Source: Epiperipatus broadwayi
Taxonomy: Eukaryota; Animalia; Onychophora
Assembly: GCA_028023455.1 (NCBI GenBank)
Contig: JAQFVV010000001.1
Location: 2,480,001 to 2,544,000, forward strand
Direction of reading: 5' to 3'
Length of the DNA: 64,000 nucleotides
Numbering within the stretch: position 1 is the stretch's first letter; every line of letters starts with the position of its first letter. The position numbers and the translations under genes were made by a program. Positions 49,496-62,070 of the stretch are shown in pieces. The notes under the pieces were generated by a model. That model did no database searches, had not been told where the DNA came from, and worked only from the letters and a program-made list of their open reading frames with translations.

Positions 49496-52400
49496 GAGCT
49501 TGCTATTATTTCAGTTTTAGGAATTAATAGATAATGCATTGGATATAGAGAAATTAGTATATTGAATTTTTTTAAAATCAGTGACAGTATATAATGGATA
49601 TATTTTATATATAGATACTTTGCATAAAAACTTATTTAAAATTTATGATGTTGGGCAATTTAGTACAGTAATAGAGTCATGAACTCAAGAGCCAAAGGTT
49701 TTTAGATCACTTTAAATCTAACTATAAAGTTTGACTTGTCACTTGAGTGCTCTGTTATATGATTTTCTGAACAACCAACCAAGTGATTATTTGTTATAAT
49801 CAGAATATCTTTTTGTTTGTGAGTTAATAGTTAATTTGTGAGAAGAGTTATTATGTTATTTGGTAGTAAATTAATTTTAAAATAAGATTAGTATTCCATA
49901 ATTACATAGAATATCATTTAAAAAATGATTGAAAAGTAGGACAATATTCCATTAAAATATGGTCATTTGGTGTTTATATTTTTAAACTAATAACTAAAAA
50001 CATATCTCAAAACAACTTTCTAATTCCTTTACATTGTGTTGATTTCTGCTTTTTTCATGAGCTGATTTGATTTATCATTCCTTATCCCTGTGATCTTTCA
50101 CTTTTTATGCATATACTTTTAAAAACCATATAGATTTTTTCAATTTCGTATTTTCAGTTTTTTTTTATTATTTTAATTCTTTTTAAATCCAGATTTTAAA
50201 TGTTTTGTTTTTCTACTCCATCAAAGGTCTTATTATGAATCATTTCTTGTATTAAAATTTTTTTAAAATCTAATTTCATTGGGTCATAAGATTGATTGAT
50301 TTTATTATCCTAATTTTAATTTTTGTTTCACTTTCTTTATTTTCAGCTAACTTTATTTAATCTAAATTTTGTATTTATGTTAATTTGCTTAAAATATTCT
50401 GTTTTAAACTCTTGTGTCTTCTTACATTTATTTCATAATTTCTCCATAATCTGTCTTTTAACATTTCTTTCAAATTCTTTTATCTGCAGGCTTTATTCCA
50501 TTGTAAATGTTTATATCTAGTAGCTTGTGTGTGCACATGTGTAAGGACATATTCCACAAAATATGTTACAAATATTTTCTTCCTTGTTTTATTATATCAA
50601 TTATTACCCTTATAGATAGTTCTTTAATGTATATAAGAATCATTATTAATCCATCCCCCTTCAGATTTTTTCTTTTTTTGATATTATTTCAGTCAGCACT
50701 ATCTCATACTTATATATTAAATATATAAGTTTTTTATGTAGTTTTTTGAGATCAGTTGTCAATATATAAATCTTTAGTGTCTTTATCATTTTTAAAACCA
50801 GACTTTTACTGAGATATAAAATTATTCAATTTAGAAACAGTTTTTCTTCAAACAGTGTAACAAAAACTATAAGATTATGGTGTGCATTCATTATAAGAGG
50901 CAAATATGAATTTATTAGTAACTTTGTATATCATTTTGGAATTTTCTTAGTGAACAATCATATTTGCTTTTAAAAGAAGAATATACATACTTAAAGGGCA
51001 CTGTTTTTATTTATCCAATTATATTAATTCAATATAATGCATTTTACTTTAGCTTCTGCTTATGGTTCTTTGAATCAAAGTTGTATTAAATAATTTTTTT
51101 TTTGTTTCCAATGTTTTGCCTGTATAATTTAATATAGTCTTTATAAAGATAATTTTATATAAACGGTATATGAAATTTACATTATGATGTAGATAAATTC
51201 GTGTCTAAAAGCATAAAATTAATTATAAAATATTATCTTTTTTTGTTATTTTATTTAATTAAAATCTTCATTTTAACATGCATTTTGTCACATATGATTT
51301 ATCAGATGTCTTTATGCATATGTTTGAATAATGTGTCATGGAGCAGAGGTTTTAAGTATATTTTAAAGGATATTGAAAAATGAGAGGTGAAATTTAGTTA
51401 TTCTGTGTGTTTATATAAGCCTAAATATATTAATCTTTAACTAAAAGTTATAGTTATATCTGGGCTGGAGATAATCTCTAGTTTAAAATTAGTAATAATA
51501 ATTAATATTTTTATCTAAAATGGTTGGTGTCAGAATTGTGAATGTAGAAAGTTTGAGATTTTTAAATCAAATTTAAATGATTATTTAAAACATCAATGTT
51601 GTTTCTTTTCGATAATAAAATAAATTATAAACAATAGTAAATTTGTATATAAAAATCATATATTTATATAATGTATATAAAATTATTATTGATAAATGCC
51701 ATATTGATAAAAACATTGGAAACAAAAAGTTACATTAATATAATTTTTATAAAAAAAAAAAACAGGAACAATAAATAGTAAAAATGTTTCATTGAATTTA
51801 TACTAATAAAATTTGAATCAGAAAAAAAACAAGTAAGTCAAGCTATATGTGATTTTTATGAATTAAGAAAAAAGGATTAATTATATCTATTATCATATTA
51901 TTAGTATTGAGGTTTCAAAAATACTAAATCAAAATTTGAAAAAAAAAATTCTTGAAATTAGTACATTTAATGTGAATATATATGTATATGCTGAAACAAT
52001 GCCAGCAAATTAAAGTTACAAATGAACATAGATTTTATTATTAATAAATTACTTTCTTATTCAGTTTACTAACCAAACGAAAAGTTTGGATGAATGTAAA
52101 TTTTGGATGGCATTATAGTATGACTTTATCTGCATGTTTGGCATTATGTGTACCCTAATACATGCACATAAATTATCTCAATACTAATAAGTTTATTATA
52201 TTTCCATCACCACTAGTTAAGGATGCACCACATAGAAATTTTATTTCCTATAATAACACCCTTTGATACTTCATTATAAATAGACAATGAAATAATAACC
52301 AAAGTTTGTTATCTAACTAGATTGGCCATGGTACAGCTGCATGAACATTTTTTTTATGTTAATCATTATTAAATCAAAAAAAAAATTTTTTTTTTTAGTA

Positions 52401-52988
52401 ATGTTTGAATTTAAGTAAACAAAATAAATATTTAGCAAATAGTTATATAGATTTTTTTTTAAAATAAAAGGTCTAATCTAATGAATTAAACATATCCATA
52501 TTTAACAAATGAAAAAGAAAATAATATTATTATGTAAATCAATTATTGAGATGACTGATAATATATGCCTAACAAGTAGACCATGCATTTTATGAGTATA
52601 TTTGCAGTGAAAATGCTTTAGATAAATATTTTAGTAACTTGTAAAATATTAAGGTATTTTATTTTCTCTTTTTTTGTTGTTATGAAAATCATATTTTTAT
52701 AGAAAACAAATCTCATGTCTTGCAGAGTGATGTTGGTTTATTAAAAATTAGGTACTGTTTTCAATGCAAACATTTTTTTTCTATTACCTCTATGATCTTT
52801 CATTTTCTTTTTACTCTCTTCCATTACTTAGATTAGTATGGTGTTTGATTTTTATGATCTTCTCATGCTATTGAGTGATCATTGAATCACGTTTCTATTT
52901 TTAAAATACATGCATAACAATTCTCGCTTGAACCTTTACTTTTTGTTTGCAAGTACATATAAGTATATAAAGTCTGCAAATGCCTTAG

Positions 52989-53144
52989 AAATTGAAAAAA
53001 AAATCCATTTGGGACTGGTTTAATAAACTTGAATTCTTGGTTATGACTTTGTATGTGGCAGTACAAAGAATGATGATTTGTTTAAAAATCATATTCAGAT
53101 GGGAGTATCATTCAACAAATGATTATACCCTTTATGAAATCCAA
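52989..53144 (+). CDS. Candidate internal exon (KLKKKSIWDWFNKLEFLVMTLYVAVQRMMICLKIIFRWEYHSTNDYTLYEIQ)
   Basis: AG before, GTAAGA after, 52 open codons. Acceptor is weak and no homology is recognised. Confidence 0.25.
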
Positions 53145-53249
53145 GTAAGAATCTATTTTCCTTTTTCAAATATGAAAAGACCAAAGTAACTTGATCTAAA
53201 AATAACATGTCTCAAAAAATTTAGGAAATTACTCATTTAAATAGGTAGA

Positions 53250-53940
53250 AAACAGGCAAAACTCTCTATACCCTAGTGCCATTCAGTGCAAGCCAGAGTA
53301 ATCAATAGATGCCAGAAGGCTTGTGCATAAAATCCCTATCTAGTGCCTATTTATCTAATATCCCCAGACTAGTTTTTGGCTTGTGACTTTCATCAGTGAC
53401 AAGCCTTGGATCTGAGAGCACTGCACCTAGATCTTAAGATCTAATGCAACCCTCCAGCAACCATCTTTTAGCCCTACTTAACTACAAAACTGTGAATCTA
53501 AAATTGAAAACAATATTTTCAATCCAAGATCATTAGCTTATAAAGTCATATAGACCTGAACTCAGTTCAATGCCCATACATTTTGGTGTTTTTGGTTCTT
53601 TAATAACCACAGCCACCACTATCCTATTAGGCAGGATTGATATTAAATTACTAAACATTGCATGTCCCCCATTTCTATGCTTGCTCAAATTGTTATTAAA
53701 ACAGGCAAAACTCTCCATACAATAGTGCCATTCAGTGCAAGCCAGAATAATCAATAGATGCCAGAAACCTTGTGCATAAAATCCCTATCTAGTGCCTACT
53801 CATCCAATATCCCCAGACTAGTTCTGGCAACCATTGATTACTCTGGCTTGCACAGAGTGGCACTACTGTATGGATAGTTTTACCTGTTTTAATAACAGCT
53901 TGAGCAAGCATAAAAAAGATGATCATGTGATGTTTAATGG
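53250..53940 (-). mobile_element. 691-bp family F2 insert: 449-nt tandem unit bounded by HHR sites plus an inverted 5' segment
   Basis: TCCCCAGACTAGT at 53361 and 53810. 53250-53373 repeats 53699-53822. 53823-53940 is an inverted copy. Perfect direct repeat TTAAATAGGTAGA at 53237-53249 and 53941-53953. Confidence 0.82.
53361..53400 (-). ncRNA. Hammerhead motif F2 (degenerate)
   Basis: Minus: TCA-CTGATGA-A-AGT(CACAA)GCC-AAAAA-CTAG-TC-TGGGGA. Intact CUGAUGA, palindromic CTAG, GUC site. GAAA and stem II are damaged. Confidence 0.65.
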
Positions 53941-55599
53941 TTAAATAGGTAGACTGATTTGAAAATCAGTAATGGTAATGACTAAAAAATAGAAACAAAA
54001 ACACAGAAAATAATAACATTGGCTCTGAGAACTTGAACATTTTGTTGTTATTATTGGAATTTTTTTACTCTTATAAATTGATTATCATTAACATTTTATT
54101 TAGACAGAAAATTTATGATAAGGGAAATGCAGATATAATGACCCCTTATGAATTATGTTATAGAGTTTGGAATGTAAAAAAAAAATCAAATTATATGAGC
54201 AATTAGATTCACAAATTATTTGACACACCACAAATCAATATGCTCCAACATTAAAACAATTATTTATGCCCACCATATTCATGCAAAATTTCAAAAGTTA
54301 TTAAAGCCAATTTGGACTGTCAAGCTAGTTATTGTTTTTGAAGTATGGAACTTTTTTAAAGAGGATTTTGTTGATATGAGTAAGGTCATTTGTGAGTTCA
54401 CTTAAAAAGAAAAATCACTCTGACAATGATTGTATAGTGAGTCATGATATTCACTATATTTTATTCTAAGGTCCTTTTGCATATATTATATATCATGGGT
54501 AATAGCTCATGTTTTGGTGATAAGATTTGATTATATATATTTTTTATTGCTCATGGTACAGTAAGTGTGCAGTACTTTTCAATATGCACACAAACATATA
54601 CGACTTTTTTATATGTATAGCATGCACATATAAATTAAAATTAAGTTAGGAATAATAAAAAAACAATTTTTTAAAAAATAACAATATAGCTTTTAATAAT
54701 AAACTATCAATACACATTTACATATATGTATTATATATCAGCTGATATATGTTTAAATTTATTTTGATTGATTCAGGAACCACCTGACATTAAACACCAG
54801 GATATGCATGGGCAAATATTCTTTATTTATATATTTAAATAAGATTTGAAAATGACTACTACACAATAACTATTTGAAATATCTGTCTAAATCATGTAGA
54901 ACATAAGCTCTTGATGAAATGAACATAGAATAAATATGAAGACCAGACAATATTATATCCAAAGAAGTTAACACACTATTTAAATAAATAATTACAATAG
55001 TTTATCTGCAAAATATCATAATTGTCAGACAAGATATAATGTACTTTTGCTTAAACTATTATATAAGAATTGATGACAATTTTTTTTTATAATTGATTAT
55101 TGCTTTAATAAACTATTTTTTCCTTGCCTTTTAACTTTTACTTCACATGCATGATGGAAAACAATTGCTGTTATTTCTAAAGTGTCCGAGGCTTATTTTG
55201 ATTAATTTTAAAACATTAACCTTTCAGTTACATCTTATAATGGTAACATGATTATATGATTGAGCCCACTTGCTGCAGAATAATTTCCTGGCCTTTAATA
55301 CTTCATAAATGGGGTAGATTTAGGATTACTGAATTCTCATTTTGCCTTTTTTTTTTGTTTTATATATTTATTTAGTGAATTATTTAATATCATTTTGTAT
55401 ATATTGTACTTTGAATTATTTTGTTTCTCTAGTGTAAATAAAGATTAATTGAGGACAGACTTCTATCATGAAATCCGAATCAAAGAAATTTATTGTGTCA
55501 AGTTATCAAAATGATAAATGGTTAATTTAATATTTTTTTTTCTTTGTAAATATTTATTATTATATGTTATTAATAAACCTACTGAGTTGTTTAAACCAA

Positions 55600-55760
55600 T
55601 CTGATCTCTGTTTGATCATCACCGTCATCATTATGCATATATATCATTAAAAGTTTCATCATCACTATCATTAAGAATTTTACACCATTAAAGGTTTGAT
55701 GATGATGATCATCATCATTATGTATTGATTTCCTAAATGATTGATCATCATCAATATTTT
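55600..55760. repeat. (CAT/GAT)-rich low-complexity tract
   Basis: Direct reading. Source of the D/H-rich ORF 55591-55893. Confidence 0.7.
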
Positions 55761-56193
55761 TCATATCTATGCTTATACATAGGCATATTTGGTCAATAAT
55801 TAAGTAAGTCCATCCCTGAAGAGAGCTGACTGCAAGAACTCCCTGAGTTTGAATTCTGTGGTGTAATGGGGCCCAAATAGGGAGATGGAACATTTATGCA
55901 CTAGTCTAAGTTACATTGAAATGTTTTAAGTAAATTATAACTTTGTATACTAAAAGTAGATGTGATTTGGAACTGCGCATTTCATTGTGACATCTTTAGC
56001 ATCCTATTCGAAGGCCTATGTCTGACAATAGTGAGATGTGCTCTCTTTGTTATATGCCATTTCTGATTCAGTAATATCTGGTGCACCCAAATGGGATGTC
56101 GAATCATGGATTTAGGGTATGACTTGTTGTAGATTGTTTGACATTTGTATTCAAATCATCCAACTACTTAGTCATATTCATATCATCTTTTGG

Positions 56194-56257
56194 TATACCC
56201 CGCAGTCCTGATATAATATATATATATATATATATTATATCAGGACTGCGGGGTATA
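56194..56257. repeat. Perfect 64-bp palindrome with GC-rich arms and a (TA)n centre
   Basis: TATACCCCGCAGTCCTGATATAAT(AT)n ATTATATCAGGACTGCGGGGTATA, checked base by base. Confidence 0.95.
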
Positions 56258-56282
56258 ACAGATATAATATATATATATATAC

Positions 56283-56595
56283 AAATAAAATGTTCATTAA
56301 TTAAAAACTATTGTAATAGCAATAAAATAATAAATATAATGGTAAATAACTATTATATAATGGTAGTTGAGGAGGATTAAGGAATTAACCAAAAGTATTT
56401 CTGCAGATTGAAAGACTATATACAATAGATATTAACCATATATATTTAATGTAATAACAATAAAAATAATAAATATAATGGTAAATAACTAACATGCAGA
56501 AGTACTTTTGGTTAATTCCTTAGGCCTCCTCAATTGTCATTATATAATAGTTCTTTACTGTTATATTTATTATTTTTATTGTTATTACAATATAT
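56283..56595. mobile_element. Non-coding F1 pLTR fold-back with two convergent HHR motifs (56362-56405 plus, 56495-56538 minus)
   Basis: TTGAGGAGGATTAAGGAATTAACCAAAAGTATTTCTGC and its inverted partner match the HHR of the PLEs at 213 and 4705. No ORF remains. Confidence 0.8.
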
Positions 56596-58619
56596 ACTAA
56601 AGACAAGACTAAGTGAATTTTTTTTAAAATACTATTTTTTTTTCCAGCTGCTTTAAATTGCACATTGGGTTTTAGAGATTCTTAACAAATGTTAACTTTA
56701 AAAAAAAAAAATTTGCTTCTCTTCTTTAATCAATTAATTACATAATATGTTGCATAAATACTCTATACATAATAGAATATAATTTGTTAGAATTAAATAT
56801 ATGATATAAAGGGTTCTTAAAATAAAAAAAAGATTAATGCATTAGGATATATCCTAACTATAAATTTTTTTTAACTAACACAGCCATAGTTTTGAAGTCA
56901 GAATTCTCTACAGTTCATTGTGAGGATTTTTTTAATGCTAATATTTCTCCCACAATCACATGTGTGAATTAATTCCTTGCATAATGCTCTACCTTTTCTT
57001 TCAAATTGCTACAATGCATTTTATCAATTTTCTGTCTTTGTATTTTGAGGTTTAAGTATTTTTTCATGATTTTGAATAGATATTCCTTCTAAATAGCTTG
57101 GTCTGATTTACAAGGGGTCCAGGATAAATTTCAGCAATTGGCAGTTCTTTTTTTTATATATGTTTATCCTAATAATATTTCAATGTAGCTTGAATAAAGT
57201 AAGAATTCAGATTGATTAATTTCAAGAAAAATTGATTATATATAGGTTTTGATTTTTCATGTTCAACACCTTTGATATTGTTTTTAACATCTTTGATAAC
57301 TTTTTATTTTCAATATTTTTGTGATATCATTTCATTTTAATTATAAGAATTTTTAAAACAATCTTTATTTAATTGATTGAATTTTTAAAACACAGTAATT
57401 ATTAAATTGTTTGAATTTTCCCCTTGATTTCAAATCTCATATCTCAAAACAGATTTAATCTTTTTATTAACTTATTTTTAATTTAATCTTTGATAAGAGA
57501 AATAGTTCTAACATAGTTTACATAATTTAATAGTGTCTCTTAAATTTAAATTTCAACAAATCTATTATATTATTTGTTATTATTTTCAAATATGAAATGT
57601 AATAATTTATTTTAAGTTATTGTTATATTTTATATAATTTTTTTTTTAAAACTTTTGAATGCTATATTTATTAGCATCCTCAGACAACACTGAAAACCAA
57701 TTTACTGATACATGGAAGATCACATGGCAATAGTGAAATGAATAAAACATTCATTTCAATATATAACTTTATTATGTATGTTTACTCATTCTTATTTACT
57801 CAAAAAGTAAAACACAACAAAAAAACTTACTGCACCATACCTTTATTTTTAAAAAACATAAAATGGACAGTCAATTGTCAATCTTTCATCACAATTAAAC
57901 TCTTTCTGGATGATATTCTTTTTTTTTTTCAAAAAATTTGATATGGAAACATAAAACAGTGTCATTATCAGAAGACTTTGACCTCTCTAGTTGTTTTGAT
58001 GTTTTTAAGTCTGTATAAATTATGGAATCTATATAGTCACCTCTAACTTCCACTACTCATTTCAGATTTTCAGATAAATTCTTTAAGCTTTCTGATAATA
58101 TTTTAGTTCTACTTTTTTCAGCCACTACAAAATTGATAACTTTCATTTTATCATTTAAGAAAGGCACTTTATGAATTTTTAATTTTTTAAAAAAAATATC
58201 TAGCTTTATGCTTGGAAAATATATATGATCTTCTGTACTATATTAAATTTTTGATAGGGCAAAAAAGTGAATAAAATTATGTACTTGCAGTGTAATCTGA
58301 TGAAACATTAATAAATGGAATACTATTTGATACTTCATATTGAAAAATGACTACTGCTATTCATAATATTTATTAAATTTACAAATTTTAATGTTTTTAT
58401 TTTTTTGTTTACTTACATTTTTTTTTTTTTGGATAGTGTATAATTGAAGTAGTGTATATTGGTACAATACATATTGCGGTATAATTGTATTCCTGATTAA
58501 AACGTGTCACTTTGCTTGCTGATTAATAGTATGCTGATTAATAACATAAATGGAGCTTCATAATAAATGTAGAGATTTAATGGCTGATGTTTAATGACTG
58601 ACATAAACATTAGAATGAT

Positions 58620-59350
58620 TAATGATTAAAATTGCAAAGGCGATGCAAGCATTTATTGAACTCATTGCAAGCTCTTCTTGACATATTTAAAGAACCATAT
58701 AGGTCTGAAAAATATCATAGTAATATTGTTTTATATAATAATGAAGATATTTTTAAAAAATGGAGAGAGAATTTTGATTATCTTTTGAATAATAATGCAA
58801 GAATTCAGATGGCTACATTTAATAATATATCCATGTTATTGACTCATTTAAATTTAAACAAAAGCATCATTTTTGATAAGATTAAAACAGCTTTTTGAAA
58901 AATACTACAAAGCCTTCATAGAATCCCTGAAGAAAATTTAAAATTTTCCAGAAATATGTATTATTTGAATTTTTTAAGGAACATATGAATACATGACATT
59001 ATGCTATTATGTTCTAAATTTATTTAAAAGTGATAAAAAAAGTCTGAAATAATTATTGTGTAATATTTTGTTATCCACAGCAAAAATAATTTTTAAGGGT
59101 TTTTTTTTAAAATAGATTTTCCATAATAGATGAATGGTCACTAGGGACTTAATGTGTTAAAGAATTCAGAAGCTCTTTAGATATCATTTTTGGTGTGGGA
59201 CTAATTTGAAAAAAGTGTTTATGAATAAAGATATGATTTAAATTTTGCTTTTTATTGGTTTCGGTAGGTCATTTGACTTTATTAATAAAGAAATTTCATA
59301 AAGTCAGAAAGCTTTTTGTTTTGTTTTTAAAGGATAAGTTATCACTTTTA
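58620..59350 (+). mobile_element. Degenerate RTE/RTEX-type LINE remnant
   Basis: EDIFKKWRENFDYLLN (ILKRWREHF..LLN motif), followed by a degenerate GF..G and F.D..KAFD-like region. Confidence 0.6.
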
Positions 59351-61268
59351 AAATTTTGCGTAATAAAAAAGTAGAAAGTAAATAAAATAATAGAGAATTT
59401 TTTAACACGAGAAAGAAATTTAAAAAAAAAAAATTATCGTGGTTCTTTAAGCGCACAATAAAAGAATAATAATTTAAATGGTAAACATTGAATAAATTGT
59501 GCTGTAGAAGATTTTATGAAAAAATAAATTATGATGTACGACTTACTAAAAACAAACAAGTCAATTTAAGATAAATAACGGAGAACAAAAAAAAAAAAAA
59601 GTGAAGAAATTGTAAATCTTCATGCAGTTAACTAAATCATAAACAGACACACCTTTTTGTTATTTTATTTGTTATATGTCAAAATTAAAAATCATAGTGA
59701 ATGAAATATTAAATGTGATATTATAAACAAAACAACTTATAAATAAAAACAAGGATCAATCTTAATAAAGTGCAATTGCATAGATTTTAATAATTTTATA
59801 AGTTTCTAAAGGTTGATATAAAATGAATAGAACAAAAAATGAATCTATAATGCAGATTTATATAGATTTTAGGAGTATTAAACGTTATTTTGCATAGCTT
59901 GAATATTTGCAAGCATGTATATATAGGCTGAGTGTTCATAATCTGATACATTTGGTTTCTGAATCCTAAAAGTCTAATAAATTTTTTAGATTGAAAGAGA
60001 TCATGTAGTGATAATTCGACGATACATCTGTAATAATTATTCATTTTAAAATATTTTGAATCTGTATATATTATTAAAAAATTATTTTCATATCTTCACA
60101 ATAATATTTTAATATTTATCCTTCTCCCCGCCACATACATTTTTTTTTCATATGGTAACATTTGACATAACTTTAATAAAATTTTTATAATATAATCACT
60201 ATATTTGCATTTGTAAAAGTTAATGCTTAGAGGCTTTTTTTTATTTTATTCATTTCAGGTGCTATTTTAGAGAAATTACAGTTCACTTTAGTTCAAAGTG
60301 ATAAATTAAAAAAGCCAAAGTTATACATATGTTCATATACCCTATATGGTTTAATACAGTGATAGAATGATGAACTCTAAGATTGAAAATTCATAGATCA
60401 TGGCTCAAGTCTGTTGATACTGGTACTCAAATTTCTTACAAACTCCCAAGCAATACAGTAATTATTGGTCCTGTATGTTTTGTACAATGGCAAACTGACA
60501 GAGTCTAGAGCTCAAGTTTAGTAATTTGAAACTTTCAGTGCTCAAATTTCTTATGAATTCTCAAAGAATAAACTATTCAATTATTTATTATTTATTTCAA
60601 TCAGACATATTAATTTACTGTATTGTTTATTTATTTATTTTTAGTTTTATAAGAATGTATCCATATTAATTTATTCAAGAGCTTTAGTTTTTTCCAAATA
60701 ATAAAGTTATAGAAAATTAAAGGGTCTTCTCATAATTTTATTCAGCCAAAAAAAAAGGCCCAATTTATCAAATGCTGAATATGGGTTTTTAATTTGTATA
60801 TATTATATATTTTTTCTGAATATTTTTACAGGCAAATGACATTGAACGTCTTTGCAGATTTTCTCATGTGTAACGATAAGCAAGAAAACCATTCACATTG
60901 AGAATGGTTATTTATAGATAGACATTCTGATCATTATTATACATTATTTAAATTGTCAATTATTTTTTTAGGATAATAATAACTGTATTTGAAAAGCAAA
61001 ATCTAGATATAAACACTAAGATTTTTTTTAAAAGTTGATTTTTAAAGTAACAAATGAATTTTTAACATTATGATACTGAATCCAGATGTCTATTTTGGAA
61101 ATCAGTTAATTGCTTTGAAGAAAATAACTGAAATGTTATTAAAACATCAGAAAACATTTTAAGCCATCATGATATAGCTGCAAGAATAATCAGTAATCTT
61201 AACTTATGGACTTTCTTCACATGAATGTTTTCTTGTGTAATCTTACATATGGAATAAAATTCAAAAGG

Positions 61269-61273
<5 letters not shown>

Positions 61274-61339
<66 letters not shown>
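61274..61339. repeat. Interrupted (TA)n microsatellite
   Basis: Direct reading. Confidence 0.95.
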
Positions 61340-61342
<3 letters not shown>

Positions 61343-61794
61343 CTTAATTTTTAATTTTTTTAAAATGTATGTATAATGATGTTAAGTGTTTGTACTTTTT
61401 CTATACAGAATGCAATAAATGTAATAAGTGCGTTTATACACAACTATAGAGAATCTTGTCATTTCCATAAATTAAATACAGCTTAGTGCTTTCGGGAACA
61501 TATGGTAGTCTCATATTAATAAAAAGATGAAATTGGAGAGATGAGTGTAATTGTATATGTGTATAAAGTCAAGAAATAATTATCAAATAGTATTAATTAA
61601 TAATCGAACTGCCTTCTAGGTTGATAAGTTCAATAATTCTCTTTATAATTAAAAAAACATATATTCTATTGTATAAAATATTTTTTGGTTCACTTTGAGA
61701 ATTTAAGATTTATTTTTTGTACAACTTAATTTTTGATTGTTATATTATTAAGTGGATTATATAATCAATTTTTTTAGAAGAAACATATGTAACC

Positions 61795-62070
61795 AATAAG
61801 ATCTCAGATCTATGAGTACATTCTTTATATTAAATTTTATTATACTATAACTATCTATCAGTGTAAACTCCTATATGTATTTCAAGATAAGAGATTTGGA
61901 ACATCTAAATCTTCATATCAAAAATAATATCAATCAGATCTCAGATCTATGGAAGTGCATTTTTTATGTTAAATTTTACTATACTGTAATTATCTATCAG
62001 TGTAAACTCCTATATGTATTTCAAGATAAGAGTATGGAATGTCAAAATCTTCATATCAAAATAATAGTCC
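61795..62070. repeat. Two-copy tandem duplication, 137-bp unit
   Basis: AGATCTCAGATCTATG at 61799 and 61936. Shared TATCTATCAGTGTAAACTCCTATATGTATTTCAAGATAAGAG. Confidence 0.92.
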
